From positions 1 through 55,504 of the IMG/VR virus record IMGVR_UViG_3300027749_000136: 55,504 bases of DNA; one strand, 5' to 3'. This stretch comes from a virus. Its lineage: Duplodnaviria > Caudoviricetes. Both the position numbers and the translations under genes were made by a program. Under the pieces are notes generated by a model. It had not been told where the DNA came from. It saw only the letters and a list, made by a program, of their open reading frames with translations, and made no database searches. Positions 29,654 through 39,860 of this stretch are shown here, one piece after another (position 1 is the stretch's first letter; every line of letters starts with the position of its first letter).

Positions 29654-32600
29654 TAATTATTTCCTGCACTAGTTATTGTTTGTTGACTTATTGTCATTGT
29701 ATTTGAGGTTATTGAGCCTGCACTTTTTATCTTACTTGCAGTTATTGCTGATATTATTTCTATATCATTCACCGTGGCACCATTGATAAAAATTTGATCT
29801 TTTTCTGCTCGTATTTCATATAGACTACCAAATGTTAGTGTTGATTGCTTTGGTACTATAATAAAATTTACAATATTTGGAGCAAGTCTATTCATAACAT
29901 ATGTTGATAGTTCAGTAAAATAAAAGTTGCCACCAAAATCCCAATTCTCTAAAGCAAAGAATTCGTTAATTGCAGATAATACTTTTGATTTAACATCGTT
30001 ATCACTGATAACAATTTCTGAATTTTTAACAATTTTAAAAACTGATTGCACATCTGCGCTGGCCTTAGATCCAAATAGTACTTTATACCTAACAGGATGA
30101 TATATAATTTCATCACTTATACTTTTAATTTTATTGAGATCGGATGAAAGTAGATTGTATAAAAAATCAGAACTAGGTGCTAGTGGTTCTGTAATACGTG
30201 TACCGTCTAGCCATTCTCTAAACACTTTATCATAATCTTTAGTTAGAATAAAAACGTCAATTAAATTAGTTAGTCCAGGATCAATACGTGATTCGTAATC
30301 TGCATTATGTATATACTGAAATTTAATATTTGAGCGGCCTTCATAAACTTTATAATTTAATGAAACTACAAACCCTAATGTTAAACTATATTGTTTAACT
30401 ACATTAGTGTCAATGAAATAATAATATTGCCCGTCTACCCCACTGGTTGGTTCTGTGGTCATTATTATAACAACATCGTTGGCATTATCTATCCATCTAT
30501 AATCTTCTTGCCCTTGTTCTATTAAGTATAGTTCAAGCACTACATATTTTGTTGTAGTATTAGTATTAGGATCAACAATTTCTTCAAACAGTGTTGGATT
30601 GTCAACTACGCCATCATCGTCGGCGTCAGCAAAAGTAATTTCAATTTTTTTAGTATCGATGTATCCGTCAATTCCAACATATTCATTTGATATTTCCCAG
30701 TCTCTATCATAAGTAAAAGGAATAATATTGTCGGGTTTGGTATTGATACTTAGAATTTTAATGTTATCTTTAACTATAGTATTAGTTCTAGTATCATAAA
30801 TTTTATCGCTAGCATCAAAATAAAATCTCAATTGTTGATCGCTTTCAAAAATAAATCTTAACAATCTAGACTTAACTGTATAAAATTCAGAATCTGTTGT
30901 GAATAACAATAACCAACTAGAATCTAATTGTTGATTAGAATTATCTCCTTGTTTTCCTAAACTAAAATCACTTGCAGTATTTAAATTAACATTGAATACT
31001 AATTTCCAAGTTCGAGACTCAACATCATATCTTAGACCAAAAGACTTATTGTCAAATATTAAATCAATCATTGTACTGATAATATTAGTGTCAAGTACTG
31101 TTCTCCATGCAGGAATTATTTGACTTAGTATTGCAGTTGACGGAACGATGTCATTTAATACAACAGTTCCTGAGCCGCCTAATAATTTACCAATACCGTT
31201 GTTAGTGCCGTCTCCACTAACTGAAATAATCTTACACCATAATATAGTCGTTGCATTAAAAGGCAAAGGTCCTGTAATAGGCATTAACTTATTAAAATTA
31301 GATTTGTCAAAATAATGAGTATATGTTTTTACTCCAGCATTGTCAGTAGTGAATAAAGATTCAAATTTTACTAAGGCGCTGGGAGTTATAAATCTTAAAA
31401 GTGTGCTAGTATATGTTCCGAGTTTTAGAGGGGCAACAAATCCAATATTAGAACCAATAAATCCTGTACTTTGATTAGTATCGGTAGTTGCATTATACCA
31501 AGAAATCTCAGTTCCTACGGCAATTGCTGTAAATTTAGAATAGTAATAATCTCGTAGTTGTTTTGACTTAAGAGTGTCTAATAATTGATTATATATAACT
31601 GCTTCAATATCTGTTCTAGTACTATATGTAAATCTAAAACTATCATCATATTCTTCTCGGTACAATGCCCCGTCGTCTGCAAATAAATTAGTCTTAGAAT
31701 ATTTGCCTGTTGGGTCTACTAGATCATAATATCGACTTATTCCACTACTTGATCTATTAATAGCTTTAACTTTTATAACTTGCTGATTAACACTTAACGG
31801 ACTAATGTTGTAATCTTCGCCAGTTATCATACGATTTTGTGTATAGTATGTTGCAGGAGCGTTTGCCTTAATGCTAGTGTTTGACTCAGTTGCTGACGAG
31901 TTAGTAATTGAAGACTGCAAACTGAAAGTTATTGATATAGTTTCAGATTGATTATTATTAGAGATGTACGGTACTTCTATAGATATATTTCGCATATCTT
32001 TAGGATTAACTGTATATGCAACTCCGATACTTTGTCGATAATAAGTTCTAAACGAGCCTCTTGGAAGATTTCCAAACACTCCGTCGCTAAACGATAAACT
32101 AACTTTATCATCTGAGCGTGTTATAACACTATAGATATTTCTAATTGATTTTGTTAAACTATTGTAGATAGTGTTGTTGCCCTCTAGAGCTGGGATTTTA
32201 GCCCAATATTCTGACTCTACGCCTGCCTGATCTAATTTATATAACCACACATCGTCGTTGTTTATATTAACAGCATCAATGTCTACAGTCTCAGTTGTAG
32301 ATGGTTGATCAATTGTAAATGTTCCCTGATTTAAAATACCTTGTCGAAAATGGATGAAAAACCCAGTATTTGCACTTCCGTTGCCGCGGCCATCATTTCT
32401 GTATAAAAATGCTAATCTATTACCAACAGCCGGTGGCTCTTCGTAGATATAATTTTCACCTTTAAATGTTGTACTAACAATTTCAAAAGGCAATACTCGA
32501 CCATCTACAGATTTTGAAAAACCATATACCGGAACATCAGTATTCCTGGCTTGGAATCTATATTGTTCTGTAGGTATGTTGTATACTGTAGATTTATCAT

Positions 32601-33120
32601 CTGGTGTACCAAATTGTCTATTAGCAGGTAATGCAGCATTAAGAATTTTAATAAATTGATCATACCAATTTGGATTAGTAGGATCATTCCATGTCACTGT
32701 CTGCCCTGATAAGTTTCTTCCATTAGAATCGTATATAACTTGGCTAGTTGATAAGGTAGAAAACTTTAATAATCCGCTGCCGGCAATATTTCTTTTAGTA
32801 TTATAGCTCAATAGGCGGGCAAGACGGAGAATACTTTCACGACGCTCTGCTAGCTCTAAAAAGTTATCTCGGGCATTTAAATCAATACGGAAAGCTATGC
32901 TTTGTCCCAAGAACGCAATAAGGTCAATTAGAGCAAGGTATTCACTAGATTCAATGTAATCGTTAAAATCTTCAGGATAATTTTCCCTGATATAATTAAC
33001 CATAACTCTGCGAAGATTTTCAAAATCGTAGCTTTGAAAGTCTGCATTGCGGAAGCTTTGGTAAATTCGTGTCCAGTCTTCTGCTACTAGTAATCTATTT
33101 TGTCTATCAGTTGTTGACAT
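29653..33120 (-). CDS. Baseplate wedge protein, T4 gp6-like
   Basis: YDFENLR..YIR..PEDFNDY..SS..LIDL.AF....F..D..ARDNFL..A.RRES...LA..L.Y N-terminus and QNRMITGEDY; follows the gp25-like gene. Confidence 0.85.
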   Translation of the reverse strand: MSTTDRQNRLLVAEDWTRIYQSFRNADFQSYDFENLRRVMVNYIRENYPEDFNDYIESSEYLALIDLIAFLGQSIAFRIDLNARDNFLELAERRESILRLARLLSYNTKRNIAGSGLLKFSTLSTSQVIYDSNGRNLSGQTVTWNDPTNPNWYDQFIKILNAALPANRQFGTPDDKSTVYNIPTEQYRFQARNTDVPVYGFSKSVDGRVLPFEIVSTTFKGENYIYEEPPAVGNRLAFLYRNDGRGNGSANTGFFIHFRQGILNQGTFTIDQPSTTETVDIDAVNINNDDVWLYKLDQAGVESEYWAKIPALEGNNTIYNSLTKSIRNIYSVITRSDDKVSLSFSDGVFGNLPRGSFRTYYRQSIGVAYTVNPKDMRNISIEVPYISNNNQSETISITFSLQSSITNSSATESNTSIKANAPATYYTQNRMITGEDYNISPLSVNQQVIKVKAINRSSSGISRYYDLVDPTGKYSKTNLFADDGALYREEYDDSFRFTYSTRTDIEAVIYNQLLDTLKSKQLRDYYYSKFTAIAVGTEISWYNATTDTNQSTGFIGSNIGFVAPLKLGTYTSTLLRFITPSALVKFESLFTTDNAGVKTYTHYFDKSNFNKLMPITGPLPFNATTILWCKIISVSGDGTNNGIGKLLGGSGTVVLNDIVPSTAILSQIIPAWRTVLDTNIISTMIDLIFDNKSFGLRYDVESRTWKLVFNVNLNTASDFSLGKQGDNSNQQLDSSWLLLFTTDSEFYTVKSRLLRFIFESDQQLRFYFDASDKIYDTRTNTIVKDNIKILSINTKPDNIIPFTYDRDWEISNEYVGIDGYIDTKKIEITFADADDDGVVDNPTLFEEIVDPNTNTTTKYVVLELYLIEQGQEDYRWIDNANDVVIIMTTEPTSGVDGQYYYFIDTNVVKQYSLTLGFVVSLNYKVYEGRSNIKFQYIHNADYESRIDPGLTNLIDVFILTKDYDKVFREWLDGTRITEPLAPSSDFLYNLLSSDLNKIKSISDEIIYHPVRYKVLFGSKASADVQSVFKIVKNSEIVISDNDVKSKVLSAINEFFALENWDFGGNFYFTELSTYVMNRLAPNIVNFIIVPKQSTLTFGSLYEIRAEKDQIFINGATVNDIEIISAITASKIKSAGSITSNTMTISQQTITSAGNN

Positions 33121-33173
33121 ACGCCTATCCCAATTATTGAGTATTTAGCGTATATTATTATGTGTGTAGTTAA

Positions 33174-33620
33174 TTACATTCCTGACAAGCCGTTAGCTTT
33201 GTCAAACTTTAACTGGATTGCTTCTTGAATGTTGTAAGGATAATATACTAGTACACACTCAATTTGTATGCCGGTATCATACGAAGTCACTAAAATTTGT
33301 TCAGCACGTACTCTACTATCATAGTTAATAATAGTCTCTACATCTTTAGTAATTAAATTTTTAACTTCTTCAGTTAACGGTTCAAATAAAATATCCCAAA
33401 TCACTGTACCAAAATTAGGCTGTTCTAGTCGTTCGCCAAGTCGTATATGAAAATGATTTAGTATATCTTGTTTGATTAACTGTAGATCATACAGGGCAAA
33501 ACTATCTGCCACAGAAGAAACTGTACTAAAACCTTTATAAGTTTTACTACCTGGTACTATCTGGCTTGCAGATTTGCCTTTTAGTGTAATCTTATCATAT
33601 AACCGAGAACTGGATGCCAT
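33174..33620 (-). CDS. Baseplate wedge protein, gp25/GPW-like
   Basis: IKQDILNHF..RLGER..PNFGT.IWD.LFEPL...YDSRV. Confidence 0.9.
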   Translation of the reverse strand: MASSSRLYDKITLKGKSASQIVPGSKTYKGFSTVSSVADSFALYDLQLIKQDILNHFHIRLGERLEQPNFGTVIWDILFEPLTEEVKNLITKDVETIINYDSRVRAEQILVTSYDTGIQIECVLVYYPYNIQEAIQLKFDKANGLSGM

Positions 33621-33627
33621 CTAGTAT

Positions 33628-35532
33628 TTACTCCTCTTCGGGCGGTTCTTGATTAGCCGCTGGCACTTTAGCAAATGTATCAGTTGTAGTCGAATAGACT
33701 CTCCATGCTCCTGGAGGAGTGTTCATATCATCTGTAAAATCACTCTGGTCATTCAATTCTTCACCGTCAGTTGATTCATATCTACCAGCTTCGTCTCTAT
33801 CTAATTTATCAGGTTTATAATTTACAGGATCTAAATTTTCATGGTGGGGATAAGGTTCAGGTGTGGGCATCCTACGCATTATTGACTCAGTACTAGTAGG
33901 AGATTCCCATTGATCTTGTCCTGATAAATCAATAATAGTGTGTAATTTTAATCGTTGAGGCAAATTTGCTTCTTCTGCTTCTTCTGCAACCTCTGCCGCA
34001 GAACCGGTTGCCGCAGTTGCGGCGCCTGGACCGTTCATATGAATTGCTGGGGCGGTTTCAACTATATTACCTCCAGCATGGGTTTCGTTTGATCCGCCAG
34101 ATGTGTGGAATATGTGGCCGCCGGCATTAAGATCATAACTACCGTCCATACTTGTTATTACACTTCCTCCGTTTGTTGACGAACTATCTCCATCTACGCT
34201 AGTAGTAATACCACCGTCAACTTTTATATCTATATTACCCACTACATGATGTAAGAAATTTTGATCATACACCTTATTAACATCTTGTTTTACCAAATGT
34301 TTATAATTTTGATCAAATAATTTATCAACATCTTGCTTAACATGTTGTTTATAATTTTGCTCGTACGTTTTATCTACATCTTGTTTAATATGTATTTTTT
34401 GATTACCATCAACAATTAAAATTTGATCGCCAATAACATGTGTATGTTTCTCACCTTTAACTTTTGTGTTAAAGTTTCTACCAGCTTCCATGTTGATATC
34501 TCGATCTGCATAAAAATTAAAATCTTGCTTAGTTCTAAAACTAATACTATCTTCCGCATAAACTTCTATTTTGCCGTCACTGGTTAATTCGATCCATGCA
34601 GTTCCACGACTATTTCCAATATAAATTAAATCTTCACTATTATGTAATACTATTTGATGGCCAGTTCTTGTACGGAATCTAATTAGTTCATTATGCAATA
34701 TATCTTTTATGCCGTCTTCACCTTGTTCAAGTGAAGCGTACTCAGGAGGGCCGTCAGTAGGTTTTGTTTTACGTAAAAACTTATCATCACCGTCGTCCAT
34801 AACAAAACTAGATCCGCCAAGACGACTAACAAATGCATTATTAATCTTATGTTCGTGTTTACCTACTTTGCCTGTTGGTCCTTGTTTGTCAACTGGTCCA
34901 GGTGTACTAATTCCAAATACCATACTAGGAACTTCTCGACGTGCGCTACTAGTTGTTATTCCACGTATATCATCTTTAAGAAGCCCTTGATCTTCTAATT
35001 TCTTAGCGGCTGGATTTTCAGGTTTTAGTTTTCTTGTAGTATCGCTTTCGGTGTCAACATGTATAACTTTATTATAATCTGATACTGGTACCCGTTCTTT
35101 TTCGGTATCAGTCTCTCTACTGTCGTCTACTACATATTGAGTTGACGCATATCCGGGGAGAGCAAAATTCATGTCTTCGTTTTGAACACATCCAATCCAG
35201 AAGCCTTTTCTAGTATCTCCTCCAATAAAAATTACAACTACAATAGTGCCCACATCTGGAGGTACCATCCACATTCCATAACTTTTTTGCGTATTACCAT
35301 GTGTGTCAGAATCTTCTGAAACGTAATCAATATGTGTTGATCCGTAAAAAGGATTTAAGTATTTTACAGTACGTAGTTGTCCTTCTCTGTCGTCGTCATT
35401 TCCTGCTTCGTGCAGAACTTGCACTTCTAGAGTGCCCATGTATGTAGGGTCTAAGTGGCTAACAATTTTAGCTAAAAAGGGGCCGGCGTCTAGTTCGACT
35501 GAATTGGCCCCTAGTCTGGTTTCTTCTGGCAT
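33628..35532 (-). CDS. Baseplate central spike, gp5/VgrG-like, without an evident lysozyme domain
   Basis: OB-fold motif DPTYMGTLEV...PPDVGTIVVV.F..GD....FWIG; RTRTGHQI; repetitive beta-helix region (VKQDVDK repeats, VxG repeats). Confidence 0.8.
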   Translation of the reverse strand: MPEETRLGANSVELDAGPFLAKIVSHLDPTYMGTLEVQVLHEAGNDDDREGQLRTVKYLNPFYGSTHIDYVSEDSDTHGNTQKSYGMWMVPPDVGTIVVVIFIGGDTRKGFWIGCVQNEDMNFALPGYASTQYVVDDSRETDTEKERVPVSDYNKVIHVDTESDTTRKLKPENPAAKKLEDQGLLKDDIRGITTSSARREVPSMVFGISTPGPVDKQGPTGKVGKHEHKINNAFVSRLGGSSFVMDDGDDKFLRKTKPTDGPPEYASLEQGEDGIKDILHNELIRFRTRTGHQIVLHNSEDLIYIGNSRGTAWIELTSDGKIEVYAEDSISFRTKQDFNFYADRDINMEAGRNFNTKVKGEKHTHVIGDQILIVDGNQKIHIKQDVDKTYEQNYKQHVKQDVDKLFDQNYKHLVKQDVNKVYDQNFLHHVVGNIDIKVDGGITTSVDGDSSSTNGGSVITSMDGSYDLNAGGHIFHTSGGSNETHAGGNIVETAPAIHMNGPGAATAATGSAAEVAEEAEEANLPQRLKLHTIIDLSGQDQWESPTSTESIMRRMPTPEPYPHHENLDPVNYKPDKLDRDEAGRYESTDGEELNDQSDFTDDMNTPPGAWRVYSTTTDTFAKVPAANQEPPEEE

Positions 35533-35558
35533 TTAATTATCCGTTATTAACTTGTGTA

Positions 35559-37787
35559 TCAAGGATCAGGTGCGTCACCACTGTCTTGTGGTGGTGGTAA
35601 TTTTGGAGGGAAACTTCCGCCACCACCTTCAGTGACTGTTTGTTTAACTAAGCCTAACGTCTGCGTAAATTTTCCTCTGTTAAACTCACTATCAACTTGG
35701 AGTACCTTATATATACCTGTAAACTCTCTCACCGCAGAAGTATTTCCAAAATCATACTTACCGCTGTCAGTATTTGCATCATCAGGCGTTCTAAATGCTA
35801 CCCTGCAAAAAATTTCTCCAGTTTGCCAATCCATTGATCCTTCGGCATTGATTCCTGCACCTGCTGTTGGAATAGTAAAATTGCCGTGGCCGGTATCTCC
35901 TAAGAAATACGGATCGCCTAATACTTTTAAATTTAGATTGAGCATATCATATCCGCGAGTTGCTAGATCCATAAACTGTCTAGCTGCCGTTGTTGCTGCA
36001 TCGTCAAATCCAGTTCCGCCACCAAATTTTGCAGTTTTAGTTCCAAGTTGATCTTTGCGTGATTGCTCAGGGCCGCCGCTGCCGCCGGCCGCTTCTGCTG
36101 GTAAAGACCCCGAATCAGTTATGTTATCTGAGGCTCCGCCCGTTGAGGATGCGAGGGTTTTATCTTCAGAATTTTTGCCACCATCAGCGTTAAAAGCTCG
36201 ATAAAATCCTACTTTATATTCAATAGCAAAATCAAGTATGTCATGATTTTTACCGGTATAGATATAATTATACTCTCTGGAAATAGCCATTGAAGCAGAC
36301 CCTTTTGATCCAGTATTGGGCGTAGTAAACACCGTGGCATCTACCATATAAGGAACTACTCTAAAAATAACTTTTTTAGCTTTTGTTCCAGTTTTTGGAT
36401 CTTCGCTAGAAATGTTATGCAAGTGAGTTTCTATTCGCCACCATACAACTTTTCCATCAGGTGTTTGGTTGGCTTCTTCTAAGGCTTGTCTACCGTAGTC
36501 ACTAGTTAAAATAACTTGATTAATAATATCTTGTACTGTAGATCCTTGTGCAAATTTAAAGTTTGCATTCTTAGTATCTATTTGTATTTCGCCGCGTTTA
36601 TAAATTCCAGTAGCAGGATCGTATGTTGCGTTATCTTTGGCCATTGGAGTGTCACCTTTGTTATACACATCAAGGCCTAATTTTGATTCTCCAATAGGAT
36701 TGCCCATATCATTACTAGTATATGGATATGTTGGAAAGACAATATCTATTTCATGTGCATATGTCACATTTTTCTTTTTATCTTTATCGTGTTTTAGTTT
36801 ATCATTAATAATCGATTTTAAGCTCTTAGATCCTTCTGACAATAAATTTTTTACTGTGTAGGGGCCTTTTTCGTCACACGCTATCATTGCATCAGTTTTT
36901 ATTTGTGCAAATGTTGACGACATGCCTTGTTCATTCCACGGATACGCTTCGATATCATATTCAGAACCTCGAGCAGTGACTCGCATGGTCACATCTCTAA
37001 TTTTCATATGAATATATTTGTTTGTTTTAGGAATAGTTTGAAACGGTTCGTCTGGACTAAAGTGTCCTTTGAACTCAATTTTTAACATATACGGAGCATC
37101 TACGTAGTTTTTATGTCCTGCTTGTAATGCTGCCGTTTGTAATGTTTCCCAAAATTTTCCCATGCTGTACGGTTCAATAACTTTGAAACTTATACTTAAT
37201 GCATTGCTATTGCCTGCTTGTTTATCAAGTCCTACTGTACCAGATATCCTAACATTATCCATAAATGTGGTTGCGCCAACTGTGTCTCCGTTAGGCATTT
37301 GTATAATCGGCAACCCGCCGCCACGGACTCCGCCATTGACTTCTCCGTCACTAAGTGCATATAGTCCAAACATGTAAGTATAAGATGCATAGGCATGTAG
37401 AGGATTAGACGGAGCACTGCCACCAGCTGCTCCAATTGCTCCAGCAAATCCATTTAGAGAATTTGCAAAGTTTGCAAGTGTGCTAGCAAGACTGGATGCT
37501 CCTAAGGCTCCTGCAACTCCACTAAGGCTTCCTGCAACTCCCGATATGCTTGAAATTGCATTTCGAGCTGCTCCAGCAATACCGGCAGCAGTGTTTGCTA
37601 CTCCTGCAATCTGTCCTATTACCCCAGATCCTGTATTTGTTAATCCGTTAGATACTAAACTTTTAATATTGGCTGCAGATTGACCCACTGCATATATGCT
37701 GTTAGTGGCCTGTGCTACTCCACTAACAGTTCTATTAACATTAGTTAATGCTGTTGTAGCTGACCCTACGCTGTCAAATAATCCCAT
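35559..37787 (-). CDS. Putative baseplate hub protein (gp27/gpD-like)
   Basis: Lies between the gp53-like and gp5-like genes; LKVLGDPYF and FTGIYKVLQVDSEFNRGKFTQTL C-terminal motifs; G/A-rich N-terminal extension. Confidence 0.6.
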   Translation of the reverse strand: MGLFDSVGSATTALTNVNRTVSGVAQATNSIYAVGQSAANIKSLVSNGLTNTGSGVIGQIAGVANTAAGIAGAARNAISSISGVAGSLSGVAGALGASSLASTLANFANSLNGFAGAIGAAGGSAPSNPLHAYASYTYMFGLYALSDGEVNGGVRGGGLPIIQMPNGDTVGATTFMDNVRISGTVGLDKQAGNSNALSISFKVIEPYSMGKFWETLQTAALQAGHKNYVDAPYMLKIEFKGHFSPDEPFQTIPKTNKYIHMKIRDVTMRVTARGSEYDIEAYPWNEQGMSSTFAQIKTDAMIACDEKGPYTVKNLLSEGSKSLKSIINDKLKHDKDKKKNVTYAHEIDIVFPTYPYTSNDMGNPIGESKLGLDVYNKGDTPMAKDNATYDPATGIYKRGEIQIDTKNANFKFAQGSTVQDIINQVILTSDYGRQALEEANQTPDGKVVWWRIETHLHNISSEDPKTGTKAKKVIFRVVPYMVDATVFTTPNTGSKGSASMAISREYNYIYTGKNHDILDFAIEYKVGFYRAFNADGGKNSEDKTLASSTGGASDNITDSGSLPAEAAGGSGGPEQSRKDQLGTKTAKFGGGTGFDDAATTAARQFMDLATRGYDMLNLNLKVLGDPYFLGDTGHGNFTIPTAGAGINAEGSMDWQTGEIFCRVAFRTPDDANTDSGKYDFGNTSAVREFTGIYKVLQVDSEFNRGKFTQTLGLVKQTVTEGGGGSFPPKLPPPQDSGDAPDP

Positions 37788-37788
37788 A

Positions 37789-38091
37789 TTATAGTCCTAA
37801 AATTTTAGATAGACTATTACCTTTTGGAATGTAAATTTGCACTCCTGGGATAAAATCGTAGATTGGATCTTGAAGTACATTTAAATTTCTTTGAGTAAAT
37901 ACCCACCATAATTTAGATGTTTTGTATAAGTCGTAGGCTAAGAGATCAGGCCTATGAGTGTATTGGCTTTCAATAGTATATAAGAAATCATCTGGCTCTG
38001 CAGGAACAGGTCTAATTTTTAAAAAACTTAGATGATTTCCTACTATAGGAGTTTCTTTCCATGGGCTGGTTGATTTGTACACTGCTGACAT
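37789..38091 (-). CDS. Baseplate wedge gp53/LysM-like (tail X-type) protein
   Basis: Y.I...Y.HRPDLLAYDLY....LWWVF...N..PG..IYIP. Confidence 0.8.
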   Translation of the reverse strand: MSAVYKSTSPWKETPIVGNHLSFLKIRPVPAEPDDFLYTIESQYTHRPDLLAYDLYKTSKLWWVFTQRNLNVLQDPIYDFIPGVQIYIPKGNSLSKILGL

Positions 38092-38918
38092 TATATGAAT
38101 CCTGCGGCTCCGCCGCTAATAAACGATTGTAAGTTAAATGTTTTAACTTTTTCTCTACTGTAAATTGGTTGTAATTGTACATTAAAAGAACTTTTGATAG
38201 GCACATGACTTGCACCGCAGGCAATGTAATCTACATCTGCTGGCAAATCGCAAGAATAACTTTTTACAATAACAGGAATGTCTTTAAACACATAATCTCC
38301 GTAGGCATTAAACTTTAATATGATTGGAGGATTTCCATCTGAAAACATTTTTGTACATGCTCTTAAAAAATTTAAAGCACTAATCCATGCTTGTCCTTCT
38401 ACAGAATCCGATACAAAGAACGGTGCTTGTATAGTTATGCTTTCTGCTTTGCTATTTTGATAAGCAAAAAATGAATAATTTTGATGTGTTATAGCAACTT
38501 CTTCGTAGCTGGCTCCGCCACTGATCGAAATAGTAGGAGTAAATGGAAACACTAATTTTCCAACTACTGCTCCAGTTAAGGTTGCTCTCCAATCAGATCC
38601 GCCGCCGCCGCCACTTAATGCACTTGCAAGTCCACCTACTGCGCCCGCAAGTCCACCTACTGCCCCTAATGCATTAGTAAATAACGCTGCGCCTGCGGCA
38701 AATGATGCAACTGGATTACCTCCATCAGGAAGATTAAAACTTCTTAAACTTGATAGTGCGTCGGCTGCATTAGATACATTACCGATAGCTGATGAGATCC
38801 TGCTTGCTGTACCAGTTACATTATTCAATACACCCATTGCTTGCACTTGGGCAGATCCAATAGATGCAGCCGCTCCGGTGATAGTTGACAATCCGCTGGT
38901 TAAGTCAGAAAAAGACAT
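38091..38918 (-). CDS. Putative tail tube initiator/baseplate protein (gp48/gp54-like)
   Basis: LVFPFTPTI...GNPPIILKFNAYGDYVF..IPVIVKSY fold motif; first gene of the baseplate operon. Confidence 0.55.
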   Translation of the reverse strand: MSFSDLTSGLSTITGAAASIGSAQVQAMGVLNNVTGTASRISSAIGNVSNAADALSSLRSFNLPDGGNPVASFAAGAALFTNALGAVGGLAGAVGGLASALSGGGGGSDWRATLTGAVVGKLVFPFTPTISISGGASYEEVAITHQNYSFFAYQNSKAESITIQAPFFVSDSVEGQAWISALNFLRACTKMFSDGNPPIILKFNAYGDYVFKDIPVIVKSYSCDLPADVDYIACGASHVPIKSSFNVQLQPIYSREKVKTFNLQSFISGGAAGFI

Positions 38919-38938
38919 TTTGGACTCCTTAGTGTATG

Positions 38939-38944
38939 TATTTA
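38939..38944 (-). promoter_or_regulatory. Late promoter TAAATA for the baseplate operon
   Basis: CTAAATA on the minus strand upstream of SD AAGGAG and ATG 38918. Confidence 0.7.
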
Positions 38945-38945
38945 G

Positions 38946-38974
38946 TTGACAAAATTAAGTGCATAGTTTATAAT
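38946..38974 (+). promoter_or_regulatory. Consensus sigma70 promoter of the late sigma gene
   Basis: TTGACA (38946-38951), 17 nt, TATAAT (38969-38974). Confidence 0.85.
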
Positions 38975-38993
38975 AGTAGAAAATAGGACTATA

Positions 38994-39815
38994 ATGAAAG
39001 TTAATTATCTAAACAACAAAGATTTACTGGAAGAAATACATAAAAGCAAGAATACATTTTGTAGTTTTATTGACCCGGCATATCATCGATATGATCTAAT
39101 ACTACCTAGTATAGATAAAGTTAACATACGAACTATTGCCGAAGCAAAGCGGGCCCAGGCTAAGCGACAAGGTAGCGAAGAATACCAACGACGTAAAGCT
39201 CTTGGAGAAAAGGTCAAGCAAGCAGATACAGAAGTTGACTATAAGAAAATTGCCAAGACTGATGTTATTTTTCGCATTATGTCATTTGATCATATTCCGT
39301 TAAATGGCACACGCAAGAAAAATCCTAAAACTCTAGCAGATCATAGAGATAAAGTTAACTTTCCTCCTTTCCAGCATTGGAAATTTGACGACAAAGATAT
39401 ACTAATATGTGTCGGTAAATCGCACTGGAAGGGTGACTTAGAGACAGGCAAGTTTAATAAAGATCACGGACAGATTACAAACACTCTAGCCCGCATGTAC
39501 ATTAAACTATGTGAACGCTATGCTACTCGCGGCAATGTACGTGGCTACACTTACAATGACGAGATGCGTGGGCAGGCTATCTTACAGTTAACTCAGATTG
39601 GTTTGCAATTCGATGAAAGTAAAAGCGATAATCCCTTTGCATACTTTACCGCCGCGGTGACTAACAGCTTTGTTAGAATTATTAATTTAGAAAAACGTAA
39701 TCAAAATATTCGAGACGACATGTTGGAAATGAACGGTATGAATCCTAGCTATAGCAGGACCGGTGCTGGTGAACATGCGGCTGCTGTCAAACGATTTGAC
39801 GAAACAACCGATTGA
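38994..39815 (+). CDS. Late-transcription sigma factor, T4 gp55-like
   Basis: NYLNNKDLL N-terminus; YTYNDEM...QFDESKSDNPFAYFTAAVTNSFVRIINLEK; upstream of gp47/gp46 as in T4-like phages. Confidence 0.85.
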   Translation: MKVNYLNNKDLLEEIHKSKNTFCSFIDPAYHRYDLILPSIDKVNIRTIAEAKRAQAKRQGSEEYQRRKALGEKVKQADTEVDYKKIAKTDVIFRIMSFDHIPLNGTRKKNPKTLADHRDKVNFPPFQHWKFDDKDILICVGKSHWKGDLETGKFNKDHGQITNTLARMYIKLCERYATRGNVRGYTYNDEMRGQAILQLTQIGLQFDESKSDNPFAYFTAAVTNSFVRIINLEKRNQNIRDDMLEMNGMNPSYSRTGAGEHAAAVKRFDETTD

Positions 39816-39840
39816 TCTTTATTGACAACTAGTCTATAAT
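39812..39840 (+). promoter_or_regulatory. sigma70-like promoter for the gp47-gp46 operon
   Basis: TTGATC (39812-39817), 17 nt, TATAAT (39835-39840). Confidence 0.65.
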
Positions 39841-39860
39841 AAGCTAACGGAGACATTATT

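Noticed and set aside
39822-39840. TTGACA at 39822 as the -35 box for gp47
   Set aside because: It is only 7 nt from TATAAT; TTGATC at 39812 gives the correct 17-nt spacing.
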